A stretch of 64,000 nucleotides of DNA from Paramecium tetraurelia (Eukaryota), in contig CT868418.1 of assembly GCA_000165425.1 (NCBI GenBank), positions 372,001 through 436,000 on the forward strand. Reading direction: 5' to 3'. How positions within the stretch are numbered: position 1 is the first letter of the stretch; each line of letters opens with the position of its first letter. The notes under the pieces are model-generated. The model did not search any database and was not told the origin of the DNA. It saw only the letters and a list, made by a program, of their open reading frames with translations. This document shows, piece by piece, positions 13,745-26,476 of this stretch. The position numbers were made by a program, and so were the translations under genes.

Positions 13745-14974
13745 ATGTAATAAATTGAGAGGTGTCAATTTTATAATGTGAAAAAGAATCGACCCTGCAA
13801 TATGGAGGTGTACAAACCTGGCGGCTAATATTGCGTATTCCACGGGTAACAGGAAATAGACTGGATTGAATGCCCATTGGACCCGTCTCACAAAGTCAAA
13901 AAGGTTAAGATGGACAAACATCTCAAAATCTGTAATAAGAAGAAGTTGGAGGAGGAATTGAAGTAGAATCCTTTCTTCAAAGAGAAGATCAATCTTGAAG
14001 AGGATGCTCAATAGAAAAAAGTGAAATTGCAAGCAATCTCCAAGGAATAGCTGGGTGAATTAATTGAAATGATACCTGAGGCCTTCAAAAAGGCTATTGC
14101 CTTATATCAAGAATATTTGGGTAAAATAGGAGAATAAACAGAAAATTGTTACTCTTACATTTTAGATGAAAATATAGAAGAGGCCCAATAAAAGATTTCA
14201 GACAAAGAAAAAGATCTACAATAAGTGGAATTATTGACCTAAATAATGGACCAATATAATCTCATCAATAAAGATATGGCTTACATTGAATATGGAGCTG
14301 GCAAAGGGAGGTTTTCACATCAAATTGCAGAGAAGCTTAAGGAAAAAGACAACTCTATGGCTACTCATGTTTTAATTGAAAGGGAACCGAGGAAGTTAAA
14401 ATATGACAGATTTCATAGAGATAACAAATTTTTCATAAGGTGTAAGATGGATATCAGGGATTTTAATTTAAAAATTTTAGAGTAGCAATTAAAAGATCAA
14501 GGTTATGATAAGGAAATTAAATATGTGGGAGTGTGTAAACACATGTGTGGAGGTGCCACTGATTTGACTCTTAATTCACTATTAACTTAAGAGAGATTTC
14601 CTGTGGGAATGACTATAGCCACTTGTTGCCATCATTTGTGTGATAAGAACACATACAAAGTATATATGTAATAATGATCAAATTAGAATTTGCCTTTTAT
14701 GAATCAAATCAATGTGCCTGAACATCTAATTGAATTGTTATTTTAAACTAGTAGTTGGTATGTGAGTGGGCCAATAAATTTATAGAAGAAAATCAAGAAT
14801 GAAGAGGAAATCAACACAAATCAAAGAAAGACTTTAGGGAAAATGGCAAAAAGAATCATTGATATTGGCAGAGTATTATACGTACATTAAATAACAGAAT
14901 TAAAAGTAGTTCTAAGGAAGTATTGCGAATAGTAATTGTCACCTGAAAATTTTATTATTTTATTATATAAATGA
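13745..14974 (+). CDS. TRM13: tRNA:m4X 2'-O-methyltransferase Trm13
   Basis: CCCH finger CQFYNVKKNRPC...YCVFH, CPLDPSH finger, IEYGAGKG, KHMCGGATDL, IATCCHH, LSPEN. Confidence 0.92.
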
Positions 14975-14983
14975 ATATCAATA

Positions 14984-16380
14984 TCAAATTTATTATGGTC
15001 TTGCTGAATTTGGCTAATAAAATGGATATGCTGATGTTGAATTAGGAGCTACCGATTGTGGAGGCGATGTTTATTATGAGTTATAATTTTACAAGGTAGA
15101 GGACACCCTTTGTCTTTTATTAATAATGTTTTATATTGGTTAATTTGAATTAGTTATGGCAAAGGTGGGTGTGTTTTAGGAATGTAATTGGGAATCTGCA
15201 TTCAGTTGCATCGATTAATTTTATTATGAAATGCTTTAAGAAACATAAGTTTGAGATATTGGTGGATTTAATACCATTTTTAATTGTTAACAGCTTTACA
15301 TTACTCTTGGTGTTGTATTAGGAGAAATAACTAATGGACCCTACATTTAGGAGCTTTGATCCTTTGGTTTAACTGACTCAATAGTGGGAATATTTTGTTT
15401 TGTTATTTAAGGACATAGTTTGATGTCTGAATAAAACGGTTAAGCATTTTCTTCCAAGCTCTTAAATGGGTTAATGAAACTCTAATCTCAGAAAAATAAT
15501 TACTTTAATATCTATCCATGATTGTCTTTCAGAAGGGTTGTCAAGAAGCATTTTTTAGATTAAACCATTTAAGAGTTCAGAATATTTACATTTTGTCTAT
15601 TGAAGACTCAAATATATTTGATTTTTGTCTAGTTCTTAATTGGGAGTATAGAATTTAGTATATCTACTCAGAGTTGTTAGACACAATAACACTATTCCAA
15701 ATGCATAAACATCACTCTTGAAACCGTTCACTGATGGAAATGGAATTCCTCTTTGTAATTACTCTATCTGTTCTGGAGATAAAATGGCAGTTGAATTCTT
15801 GAGTGCCTAATCATAAGATGAGTCAATTTGAAATATATGATTAACTTCCTATTATTATAATTTAGATTACAAATATTTTGATGCCATCATCTAACGCATA
15901 GATAGTGTTAGGGTTGATGTTACCAATGGTTTTAAAGTGAGATTACAAATATTCTGCACAATCAACAAATTAGAATATAATATCCCATATGGCTTATTCA
16001 GAAAACTTATTGGCTCTTACTCATAATAATAGGAATCGTACTTTTTATCAATTATCTGTTCTAAAGTGCAAATTCCTGGATAATCATAATAGACTTTGTA
16101 TAATGCTTAGTCTCCACTACATGTTCCTGAACATTTCTCTAAAGCCAAGGCTCTTAATAAGCTTGGATGCTTAAATTTAGTTTTTTACAGGAAATACTCT
16201 TTATCAGGAACATATGTCAGTTTACCTAATTAATTTTGAATAATCATGTGTACTAAAGATTTTAACTTTTTTGTCTGGGATATATTAATAAATATCGATA
16301 TTTCCAAGAACAGCATGCTTAGAGTTGGTTTCATACAAGTCGAATGAATGTTTTAATTGTTCGCTCCAATTCACTGTCAT
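14984..16380 (-). CDS. Protein kinase-like pseudokinase with P/Q-rich tail
   Basis: Kinase C-lobe motifs LSPEQ, KSDVYAFGIVLL, MLLDNPSER are present. The catalytic loop reads IGNINPNTI and there is no DFG. Confidence 0.75.
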
Positions 16381-16414
16381 ATTATTACCCATATAACAAA
16401 ATAAATTAATTAAA

Positions 16415-17799
16415 TCAAATGTATCGTTTATAGGTATTAATTAATCCAGGAGTATTCTCTTGATCTTCCTAATTACCCAATACAGCCTAGACTGCCTTCT
16501 TGATCTAATTTCTTTTGACAATCTCATTCTTCATTCTTTTCATTTGTTCCCCCTGGAAAGCCACCACAACAACAGTAATATTATCCAAAGTTCTCCTATT
16601 GATACTTTCCTTCAAGACTTATTCTACTCCAATACTACAGCCCTGATGTATATTAGGATTAGTATCCAATTCTTTAGTCATGATATCAACAACTTCATTC
16701 GATGACATTTTATCAAATATTCCATCGCCTAAATTAGATATCAAAATATTACTTGCAAGTACAATATATTGATGATCGTCTTGAATTTTAAAGCTTCTTA
16801 GTTCTGGTTCTGCCACTACAACATTTGGTTTTCCTCCAAACCTTTCTAATTTAGCCTCAATATCTCCAAAAGTTCTACTCACTGATAATCTTCCAGGTAA
16901 AACTCGAAGAGGTCCAACAAATACTTATTAATCATCTTATTATTATTAAGTTCTTAAATTAATAATTAAATTGATTACTGATATATCTTTCCACCTGCCT
17001 TCTATATTCTTAGTTTTTCAAGTTCATCACATGGTTTGTGATCTCGTGACAATGGCAATGCTGATTTATTATTACCTCCACATAACACTGCTCTGCTGTC
17101 TCCAACATTTGCGACATAACAAACATCGCCTACTAATAAAGCCACTATTGCACAAGATCCACTTCTTTCAGCTATTCCTTTGTTGAATTGAGATATTGCG
17201 AATTCTTGGAAATACTATTCTGCTGCTGCGAAACCCTTTCTTAATGCTTCATATGGATTCCAAGGAAAATCTAATTCTTTTATTACAAATTGATGTAAAT
17301 TATCTCTTAAGAAGTCTGCACATGCAGCTCCTCCATGGCCATCATAAACACCAAAAAAGGAACATCTAGGCCAAGTCTCATGTTATCTATTTTATGGTTT
17401 AACGATATTCAATATTATAGATACTCTATCCTCATTATAATCTCTTACGATCCCTTAGTTTGTGTTTGCAGCATATGCTCTAATTATACCATTTTCATTG
17501 CTAGAACATCGAGTAGGTTCATAATTTGGTAATTTACTATTTCTTGTTAGTACTAAACCTTCTTAACTAAAATAAGCTGGTTGAGCAACGGCTTTCAATT
17601 TTTGAGTAGGACTCTAATCAAGATGTTTTTCAGAGTAACGATATTTGTTATTCTCCATAGATCGATTAATGTTTTCTGCTTAAAAAGGTCGCTTAAATGG
17701 CATCTTTGGAGAATGGGAAGGAAGATTAACACTATAGGCAGGATCTCGATTATCTCTTACTTTCAAAGCATCCCAGAAGTACTTTTAGTTTTTGTACAT
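16415..17799 (-). CDS. Protein phosphatase 2C (PPM family)
   Basis: RDYNEDRV, FFGVYDGHGG, YVANVGDSRA, SRDHKP, GRLSVSRTFGD, DNITVV. Confidence 0.93.
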
Positions 17800-17838
17800 T
17801 GATTTGAAATTTAACTACTAATTTTTATTAATATTGTT

Positions 17839-18837
17839 TCATTTAATTTTAAATATTTATGCTAAGCCCTATCTGAATTAATTTATATTGTATTCCAATA
17901 AAAATGGTCTTTCCAAGTTCTCTGATTTCAAGATACTTATTAACGAAATGCCCCTAAAAAGATATTCTAACAATATTACTCATTCACTGTCTAATAAATT
18001 AAGATAGATCCATCTGATAACTTTATTTAGCTTTGGCCAGCATCATCCAATTTTCCATATATGCACGTCACATCTATGAAAACATCAATCATTTCAGAAC
18101 AAAGCTAAAAGTTAGTGCTATGAAAATGTTAGGAATCACTAGCCAAGTATAATTTTGAGTAGATTTCGAATAAAAAGGATTTCTCTATCCTGCATGCTAG
18201 ATTGAATGAATCTAATAATGTTTATATAGATTATGAATATGGCAATATTCTTTGGATTACCTTACTAAAATGTTCCAAATATGAGTGATCGAAGATGGAA
18301 GTGACATGAAAATCAACCTTAATTTAATTCATGCCATTCTTGGATAGTTCATCTGAAATGTCTTTTTGGATTTATTAGAGCAATTCTTAAATTCATTCTT
18401 CATAATTACCATTCTTTTTGTTGTCTTCGATGTCAGGATCTACTTTGTGAATAAAGCAATGACATTCACAGTGAGGGGATCTTTATTTAACCGTTTGGAT
18501 GGCCTGTCTCAAATATTAGACGGCCTCATTAAATGGTTCTGCCTATAGAAATACATATAGAACACTTTATTACTTAGGAATCGATAACGTAGATCATCAG
18601 ACTGCAAGTTTCCATGGCTGCGATTTCAGGTGGCTGTGGATCATTCAAATCATAATGACCAGAAAACTCATAAATCTTAAAATGAATGTGGGATCCTAAG
18701 TTGACTGCCACTGATTCCATTCTATTTGTTGGGTCCAATTGGAATGTTCTGAAGATTTCAAGCTTTTGGAATATCACTCTGATCATAGAGGTTTTTCCAG
18801 ATTTGGTCAGTCCAAACATACAGATGTCGTTGTTCAT
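17839..18837 (-). CDS. Rag GTPase RagC/D (Gtr2) family
   Basis: GLTKSGKTSMIRVIFQK, LMIYVIDS, FIHKVD, FHVTSIFDHS, roadblock region KIYLASD...CSEMIDVFIDV. Confidence 0.9.
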
Positions 18838-18854
18838 TAAATATATTTAAATAA

Positions 18855-20146
18855 ATGTAATTTTTGGTAAAATCTTCACGTCGTGTTGGATTTTTCGGTT
18901 TTGCTACAGCTACAGCAACACATAAAGATATTGCAGGAAAGAATTTCTTGAAATTCTAAAGCAAATACGCTGAATATGTTACTCAATTCAATTAAAAGCT
19001 GTAAGCTATGTCTTTGTAAACTTTGATAGTGAAGCAATTGAAAAAGAGAATAAGGCTCCAAATGTCGCACCCCAAGGCAAAGCATTCGAACACCCATACA
19101 ACAATCCACACAACCCTGTAAATATGAGTGGTGTAAGTGCTAATTCCTAAGTTAGATCAAATCATCTGAATTGTTTTACAACTTTATTGGACCAGAATAA
19201 GTCTCCCCACATTATGAAAATTTCCTCGTGGCTAGAAAATACCTCCTTCTTACATATGGGGGTTTGATTGTTATTGGATTTGCTGCAGGCACTACTAATC
19301 TTCATTGGATTGCTAAATCATCATTCTTGCCATTCCTATTCTGGATGCAAATTATGTACTTCTACTTGGAAGGTCGTAAATCATTCATGAAACCATTGCT
19401 TGCTAGATTTTATAGAAGAGTTGCTGGAAATGAGTGTTTCTAACTTGATCAATATTACCATGAAAACATGCAACTCAAAATCAGAACACTCCTTGAAGCA
19501 GCCAAAGGATAAATTGAATATGGTTAATTACATAAGGAATTTAAGGATGTTAAAGCAGAATTAATTAACACAGTATGTGTTTATCAAATATAATTAAGTT
19601 CCTCATGAATGAATAATTAAATCTCCAAAGACATGTTGCAGAGAGATCTTCAAATATTCTTAAATAAGCATAATAAGCTGAATAAGTACGTAGATTCACT
19701 AATTTAAGATCAATCAAAATAGACTTCTTTCAGATATCATTGAAGCTGCTCAAGAGTCACTTGAAACCAATCTTAAGAACAATCTTCCAGAAATTCAAAA
19801 GGCCTTATTCAAATCTGCTCTTAGAGGATTAGCTTAAGGAAAGATGACTTATGAAAATGATCCCTTAATTGATATGATTCTCAAGACCATCACAGAACAT
19901 GTCAGCAAAATCTAGAACCTTTCACCAGCTGAGTAACTATATATTTAATAATCCTTTTAGATAGAAGAAATTGATCTCACTCAGCAAAGACTAATTGGCT
20001 GCCATCCAAGCTAATGATAAAAAGTATTTATACTTTATTATAAATTCAGAGCAAAGGAAGATTTCTTAAGAGCTGAACCAAAGATTGATTAAACCCTTAA
20101 GAACTACGATAATGTTAAGAGACAACTAGCCTCTTGGGGATAATGA
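18855..20146 (+). CDS. Mitochondrial ATP synthase subunit b (ciliate type)
   Basis: AFEHPYN...FIGPEQVSPHYENF...FWMQIMYFYLEGR...RFYRR...GLAQGKMTYENDPL...LASWGQ resembles the Tetrahymena subunit b as I recall it; presequence-like N-terminus. Confidence 0.85.
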
Positions 20147-20226
20147 ATATGAATATTAATACATTGTTAAATCAAATCAAATACAATAGATTATATACTA
20201 ATTAATAACGCAAAAAAATTTAACTA

Positions 20227-23200
20227 TCAATGATCAGGGATTGCCAAAAGTTTATATATACACCTTATCATTTATAAACACTTTTATATATTTCTAAAAT
20301 ATATATAGAATGATACTTTAAGAATCTCTGATTTTCCGAATTTGACGATTAATGCAAAGAATAGTAAAATCTGAATGCTGGAATAGACTATATATTCCAA
20401 TATAAAACTGCTCATATAAGCAGCTCCCCACAAAGTAGCTTCTAACATTGATTGATATTTAGCAACACTGCCAAATATAATAAATAAAAAGAATAAAACG
20501 CTTAAGATTGCTAAATTAAACCCTGTGTAATTGAGGCACATTTTTTCTGACTTCAGAAAAACTTGCAGTAGCCTTCTGTAAATTAAGCCAAATAGGGTCT
20601 ACAAGATTGAAAGTGCTATTATTGTATTCAAATTAATGATCTACATTCATATAATAGATTTACTTGTCCAAAAAATGTCAAAATACTTATTTCTCCTAAT
20701 AAAGAAACATATAACATTATAGATCTATAAACTCTAGAACAATCTTTATCATACAAATAATACAGACTAAGTACTTTATGATTGATCTAAATCAATAAGA
20801 AAATATATTACTTCAAAATAGGTTAGTAAGGCTTTCCAGAAAGTTATACTTTAAGTAGTATATTTCTTATACAAAGATTCTTCATCATTTGATTGCTATT
20901 TTCTAAATGTTGAATGTGATTCTGAAGGAGCACCTTTGGCATTTGGACTATTTTCAGTTTTTGATTTGGGAGATGTTTCTCCTTCAGTTTCTTCAATGAT
21001 TCTTCCCGAGCAAACATTTGTGGTTATACCAATACTTTTCTTGCTTGCCAACATTTTGTTGTAATACTCGAACTGAGGTCGCTTTAAGGTCTTATCATCA
21101 TTAGTGATTTAACTGTCATTGGTGCTAAAAATAGTTTTCTTTTGAGTATCCCTTCTGATCACTATTCTATCAACAGGTTGTATTCTCTTTTCAGAATCTA
21201 TATCCCCTACATTTATGATGCCTCCTGCCTTCTCAGCTACGAGGTCCCAATCAACCGGAGCTACTTTGGTGGAATTATATAGGAATTCTTCATTCTTCTG
21301 CTAATCAATTCTAAATCCATAAAAGAGGAACCACAAAAACAGAATTGTGTATATTATCACTATGTAAGTAAATATGATGGACTGGTATTCACATTTAAGC
21401 ATCTTATGTATAGTATCCAGAGAGAAGAATTAAACAGCTTCATCAAGTATTTGTTGAGTCGCTTGCAAAATTGTGGTTGATGAAATATATTAGCATTAGC
21501 AAATAGTTTTCTTATCTTCATGAATAGTTTTACAAGCATCTAGACTCCAAGCATCTTCCACTTTAGTTACACATTCTACAATCAGATTTTCATCATTATT
21601 TTCAAATTCATATCTGATAGCCTAGGATGTGCTTATATTTAAAATTAATGTTTAACTAGAAAGTTTTTTAATTTCAGGTTAATATAAAGAGTAATTGCTT
21701 TAAATCTCAGGATAGTTCATAAAATAATCATCATGAATAAATGGGTTTGTCTCATAGTTAACCATTTTATATGAGTAGGTATCCGATTATAATTGCTATT
21801 AATTATCCTTTTGTCCAATACTTTATGGTTCAGTTAAAGAACTGCTTATTAAGTTCTACAATACTTTTTAAGTAGCTTTTTAAGTAGAAAGATTAAATGA
21901 ATTTGTGGTTATGGTTTATAAATTTCCATTGATTATTTAATTTTGCAATTAAATTTCAGTGATGATATTGATTGAATCCATAATCAAATGGTTATTCGTT
22001 CTCTTACTTTCATTATCAGAATCGCTAATTAAGATTCTTGTTTGCTATTGATATACTCTATTTAATTCAAACATTTCATCTAGATACTTTGCGATTTCTA
22101 CTGTTTCTTCCAATAAACTTAGTTTTTTAAATTCTTGCACTGTGTGTTCGTACTTGTTATAATCAGTATTTTGCAAAGTGCCCATCAACAGTTATATTTC
22201 AGTGAGCCTTTCCTTCTATTATAATAACTCTTAGTTTATATCACTCAATCCCAAATTCTTATGAAATATAGCCAAGTTTTTTAAGGTCATCAATTATTTT
22301 TGAGCAATGCATTTGCAATTAGAGAAATAAAATATTTATTCCTATAATATTTACTAAACTTTTATTGAGTTAGTTTTCCCTTCAAATAATAAACTTGCAG
22401 TGTAGATTAAGGTTTCACTTATAGATACTGGATTAACAACTAATTATTCAAAAAATCCTTATTCATATAAAAACTCAAATGACTTTGTGTAGTTGCTGAT
22501 TCCATTTAGATTGTCTTTTACTTAAACCATCAATTAAATATTTCCATTGCCTGTCAATTTAGTATGAAATAAGTTGCTGTATTAGTAATCAAACAAAATG
22601 ATGCCTTTCTATATTTTATTAATAGAATAATCAAAATTTAGATCGGAGATATTTAAATATAGAACCAATCTATACTACAAAGGAAAATTATCATCCTAAC
22701 AATTATTTATTAGAATCGAGAAATCAGATAAGCTAGATGCATTCTATGAATCAAATTCTATTCTGCATTGCAAAGGGGGTATATTAATGTTTAAAGGTAT
22801 TGTAACCTGAGATGGCAGAAAGTAATCAGGATTGTAAATGTTAATCTTTAAAGTCATATGTTTTGTTAATTCCTCGACTCTAAAATAATGCCAAAGACTT
22901 ATTTACAACTCTAAATAATCAAACCTAAAGTGCTTTATCAATAAGTCTGAATTTGCCAATATGGCAGTATATAATAACATATCAGGATTTTGGACTATTT
23001 CAAGATATTTAAATTTAAAAAGTAGTTAATCATAGTAGTTTATGTATCCATCATTAATATCTGGATATGATTCATATTGTATTTTTGGACACTGGATTCA
23101 ACAACAGTTATTGTAATCTATTATTGTAAATCTTGATAGCGAGCTACGAACAAATAAATAGAAAAAGGAATCAAAGTATTAGGCTAGATTGTCAGAGTTG

Positions 23201-26200
23201 AAGAATCAGGTAGAATCAGTAGGCTTTGATTTTAGGTTAAACATTCAGAATTTGAAGTAAGATCAAAACAATCCCAATTAAATACTTGATTTTGCTATGC
23301 TGCATTCAGCATTTTTCCAAATATGTTTAATTATTACGAATAGCCTAAGAAGTTTGATTAAGTCGCTAGTTCTAACTCAGGTTATTCACTTGAAATGTAA
23401 ATCTAAAAATTCTATTCTAAATCTATAGTTTCTTAATTACTCACTTGGATATTTAACTAATAGAGACCAGTATTCAATAGATACGGTTCTATCGTATAGT
23501 TATAATAGTCTCCAACTACAATTTCAACTTCCTTTTTAAGAGTGCCAATCATGGTTGATATATTAAATTTGGTGTCATTTGAAAGAACATCGGAGCAATG
23601 AGAGACTTATATAGAGATTTAAATAAATTAAGAAGTCAAATATTCGTTTCTTTGGGTTTAAACATTCAAAATTAGCTTTGTTGACAATTATTTTATTGTG
23701 ATAAAACTACTTCCTTAAATTCCTAAGAAATTTTAGTATTCTAATTCTAATAAAATATCATTTTCCATTTCTAATAAGTCATTTGTAAATTCAAAGAAGA
23801 TATGTTGATTTTGATTTTGATTCTTAAACTAACTTTTTAATTTATCAAGAAATTCAATAATTTTAGGATCTTGTTTAGTGACTCTAACCAACCTCCAATC
23901 AATAAAAGTTATTTGATTATTCCCAAAATTTTATGTTTTGATTTAATAGATTACATCTGGAGTATGAGCACAAGCTGACAACAGAACTGAGTTTTTAGAA
24001 AATACTATTATAGGAGCCTCTATATCTGAGTTACTAGTTAAGATATTATTCAAAAATTAAGATAAGGTATTTTGGCAATCTTCAAATTTAATGATATTCT
24101 TCTTAAAATTGATGGATGATCCAAAATAAATTGTTGCATTTGAACCCAAGAGCACCTGAATTTATTAAGAATTAACAAAGCAACTAGGATTCATTCCTAA
24201 ATTTTAAAGGGTTGATTATTCAAAAAATGCGGAACAATCAGGCGACATTCGTTTAATTTTCTTTCCAAAATTGATAATCAATTTTTTGGAATTATAATTC
24301 ATTTTCACATCTAAATTAACAACATCACAATCTAATTAAATTATTTTATACCTGTGCACCAAATAGAACTATCATTCGAACCAGAGTCATTAAGGCAATT
24401 ACATAAGGGGGGATTTTATCTATTTCCTGAACAAGTTAAACAATTATCTCTAGAGGTTTCACAAGTAGAACATCGAAAGTTACATGGTTAACAAGACTTA
24501 TGAATGTTTTCGTAGTAACCTACAAAGATTAATAATATTATTTACCTATTTAACAAACACAAAAAGGAGCATTTATCCTAGCATCTGTACAAGTCAAGCA
24601 TTGTTATGTATCACTACAAGTTTAGCAATTGTATTAACAATCTTAACAAGTATTATTTTAAATAAATTAATTCGACAAACATGTTTGGCATTCATTATTG
24701 GTATTCAAAATTTAACCTGTCGAGCATGATAAACATTCAGATTTACTACTTCCAAAACAAGCGATACATTTTGGATCGCATTTAGAGCATATTCCATTTT
24801 GATAATAAAAACCAGTATTACAATTCATGCAATTAGGCAATATTATTAAGTTAGAACCTAGTTTACATTGAGTACAACTAGTCGCATCAAGACATGTTTC
24901 ACATTCTTGTTTGCACTTTTAACATTGTTAATCGACATTGTCATCATAATAACCTGTTTAGCAGGAACAATCATTATTTCTAAAATTAGAAGAATCACAA
25001 AGTCCACATTTGTTATGAATTAATTAATACGGACTCTTACATGTAGTGCATTAAGTATTTGAACAGACATCGCAATTATTGTCACAATAATCAATCAAAA
25101 TATAGATGTTACTTAGAGCTAAACTGGCTTAAAATGAAGAAACAGACAATGTAGCTTAAAATGTTAATTAAGCTGAATTTGATGTATGATCAACACTAAG
25201 ATTAATGTTTTCAATATAATCCTTAGCGCCTAAATAAAATAGATTATTAATTGCCTTGGCTGGTTAATAAGACACTTAATAAATTGTGTTGCCATCTAAT
25301 TTTATCATAAATTGTTGATTTGTCCAATTATCAATAAACCAAGCTGTTAAATATATTCTTATTTTATTGTGTGCAGGAAGCCCATTAAATTCAGTAGTAA
25401 ATTATCCATTACTCCAAACACCATAGCCTCCTAATAAATATTAGTTATTGTAAGTTGAGAATATCTATCCTGTTAATTTTGAGAATGCAGGATTAAATGT
25501 GAAAGTAAATGCGTTAATTTAACTTAATAGATCAATATCTAAACTATCAAAATACTTTCCGATATATTGAGATCCAAATGCTGATTGCTCTGAATAGTCT
25601 ACACAAACACTACTTTGTAGAGTGCTACTTTTAGGACATGCAGTAACACATTAACCCATATGTAGAATATATCCACTTTCACAAGTATTGCATTTTTACC
25701 CTACACAATTTTAACAATTTAAAGAGCAATTTAATTAACATTCTTAATTCTGAGTTTTATAATATTAGGGGCAAGTTTAAACACATTAATAATTGTAGGC
25801 AGAATATCCAATTTAACAAAGACACTTTCCATTTTATGTTGTGCCGTTAGGACATGTTAAGCAATCATTGTTGTTTGGGCCAGTGCATGTTAAACAAGTA
25901 AAATGACATAACTAAGGAGAGAGGACAACATTTTTAACTAATAATTTCTCACATACTGTATATAATGATAATAGGCTGCATTGGAAACTAGATTTAATCT
26001 CCAATTACAGATTAGCATTTGAATGACTTATGCTCTTCCTTAATGTAGTTAATTGTTAATTATACAAAAATATTCTATGTTTATTGAAATATTTACAAAA
26101 ATGCATTTGTCTTACAATAATCATTCGGGGTATTGAAATTGGAAGTAGTTATTGAGGAATCAGTATAAATTATTTACGAATCTATTATAATGTTTACAAA

Positions 26201-26476
26201 ATTCGAAATTCCTGACCAATATTCTCTGTATAAAATATCTAAAGAAACTTATAATGAATAATGAGGCTAGAGATTTGTAAATGTTTTTTTAATGTTTCTG
26301 TCGACCTATCCCATAAAAGGCCCCATCAATACTCCAATGTCGCAAGAAAATTATGAGGTAAATGGACTAGAATCTTGTTTTTACCAATTTACATTTAAAG
26401 TACCGGTGCCTTCCATAAGATCTGTAGTTGGAAATCCATTCGTAATCTTTATCAACAAACATAATAAGTGGAACAT
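20227..26476 (-). CDS. Large membrane protein (~2050 aa): signal peptide, furin-like Cys repeats, REJ/PKD-like region, multiple C-terminal TM helices
   Basis: MFHLLCLLIKITNG signal peptide; many CxxxCxxC repeats at 24400-25900; REJ-like FNWDCFDL and NIPPLQC; hydrophobic helices at 20280-21400. Confidence 0.8.
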
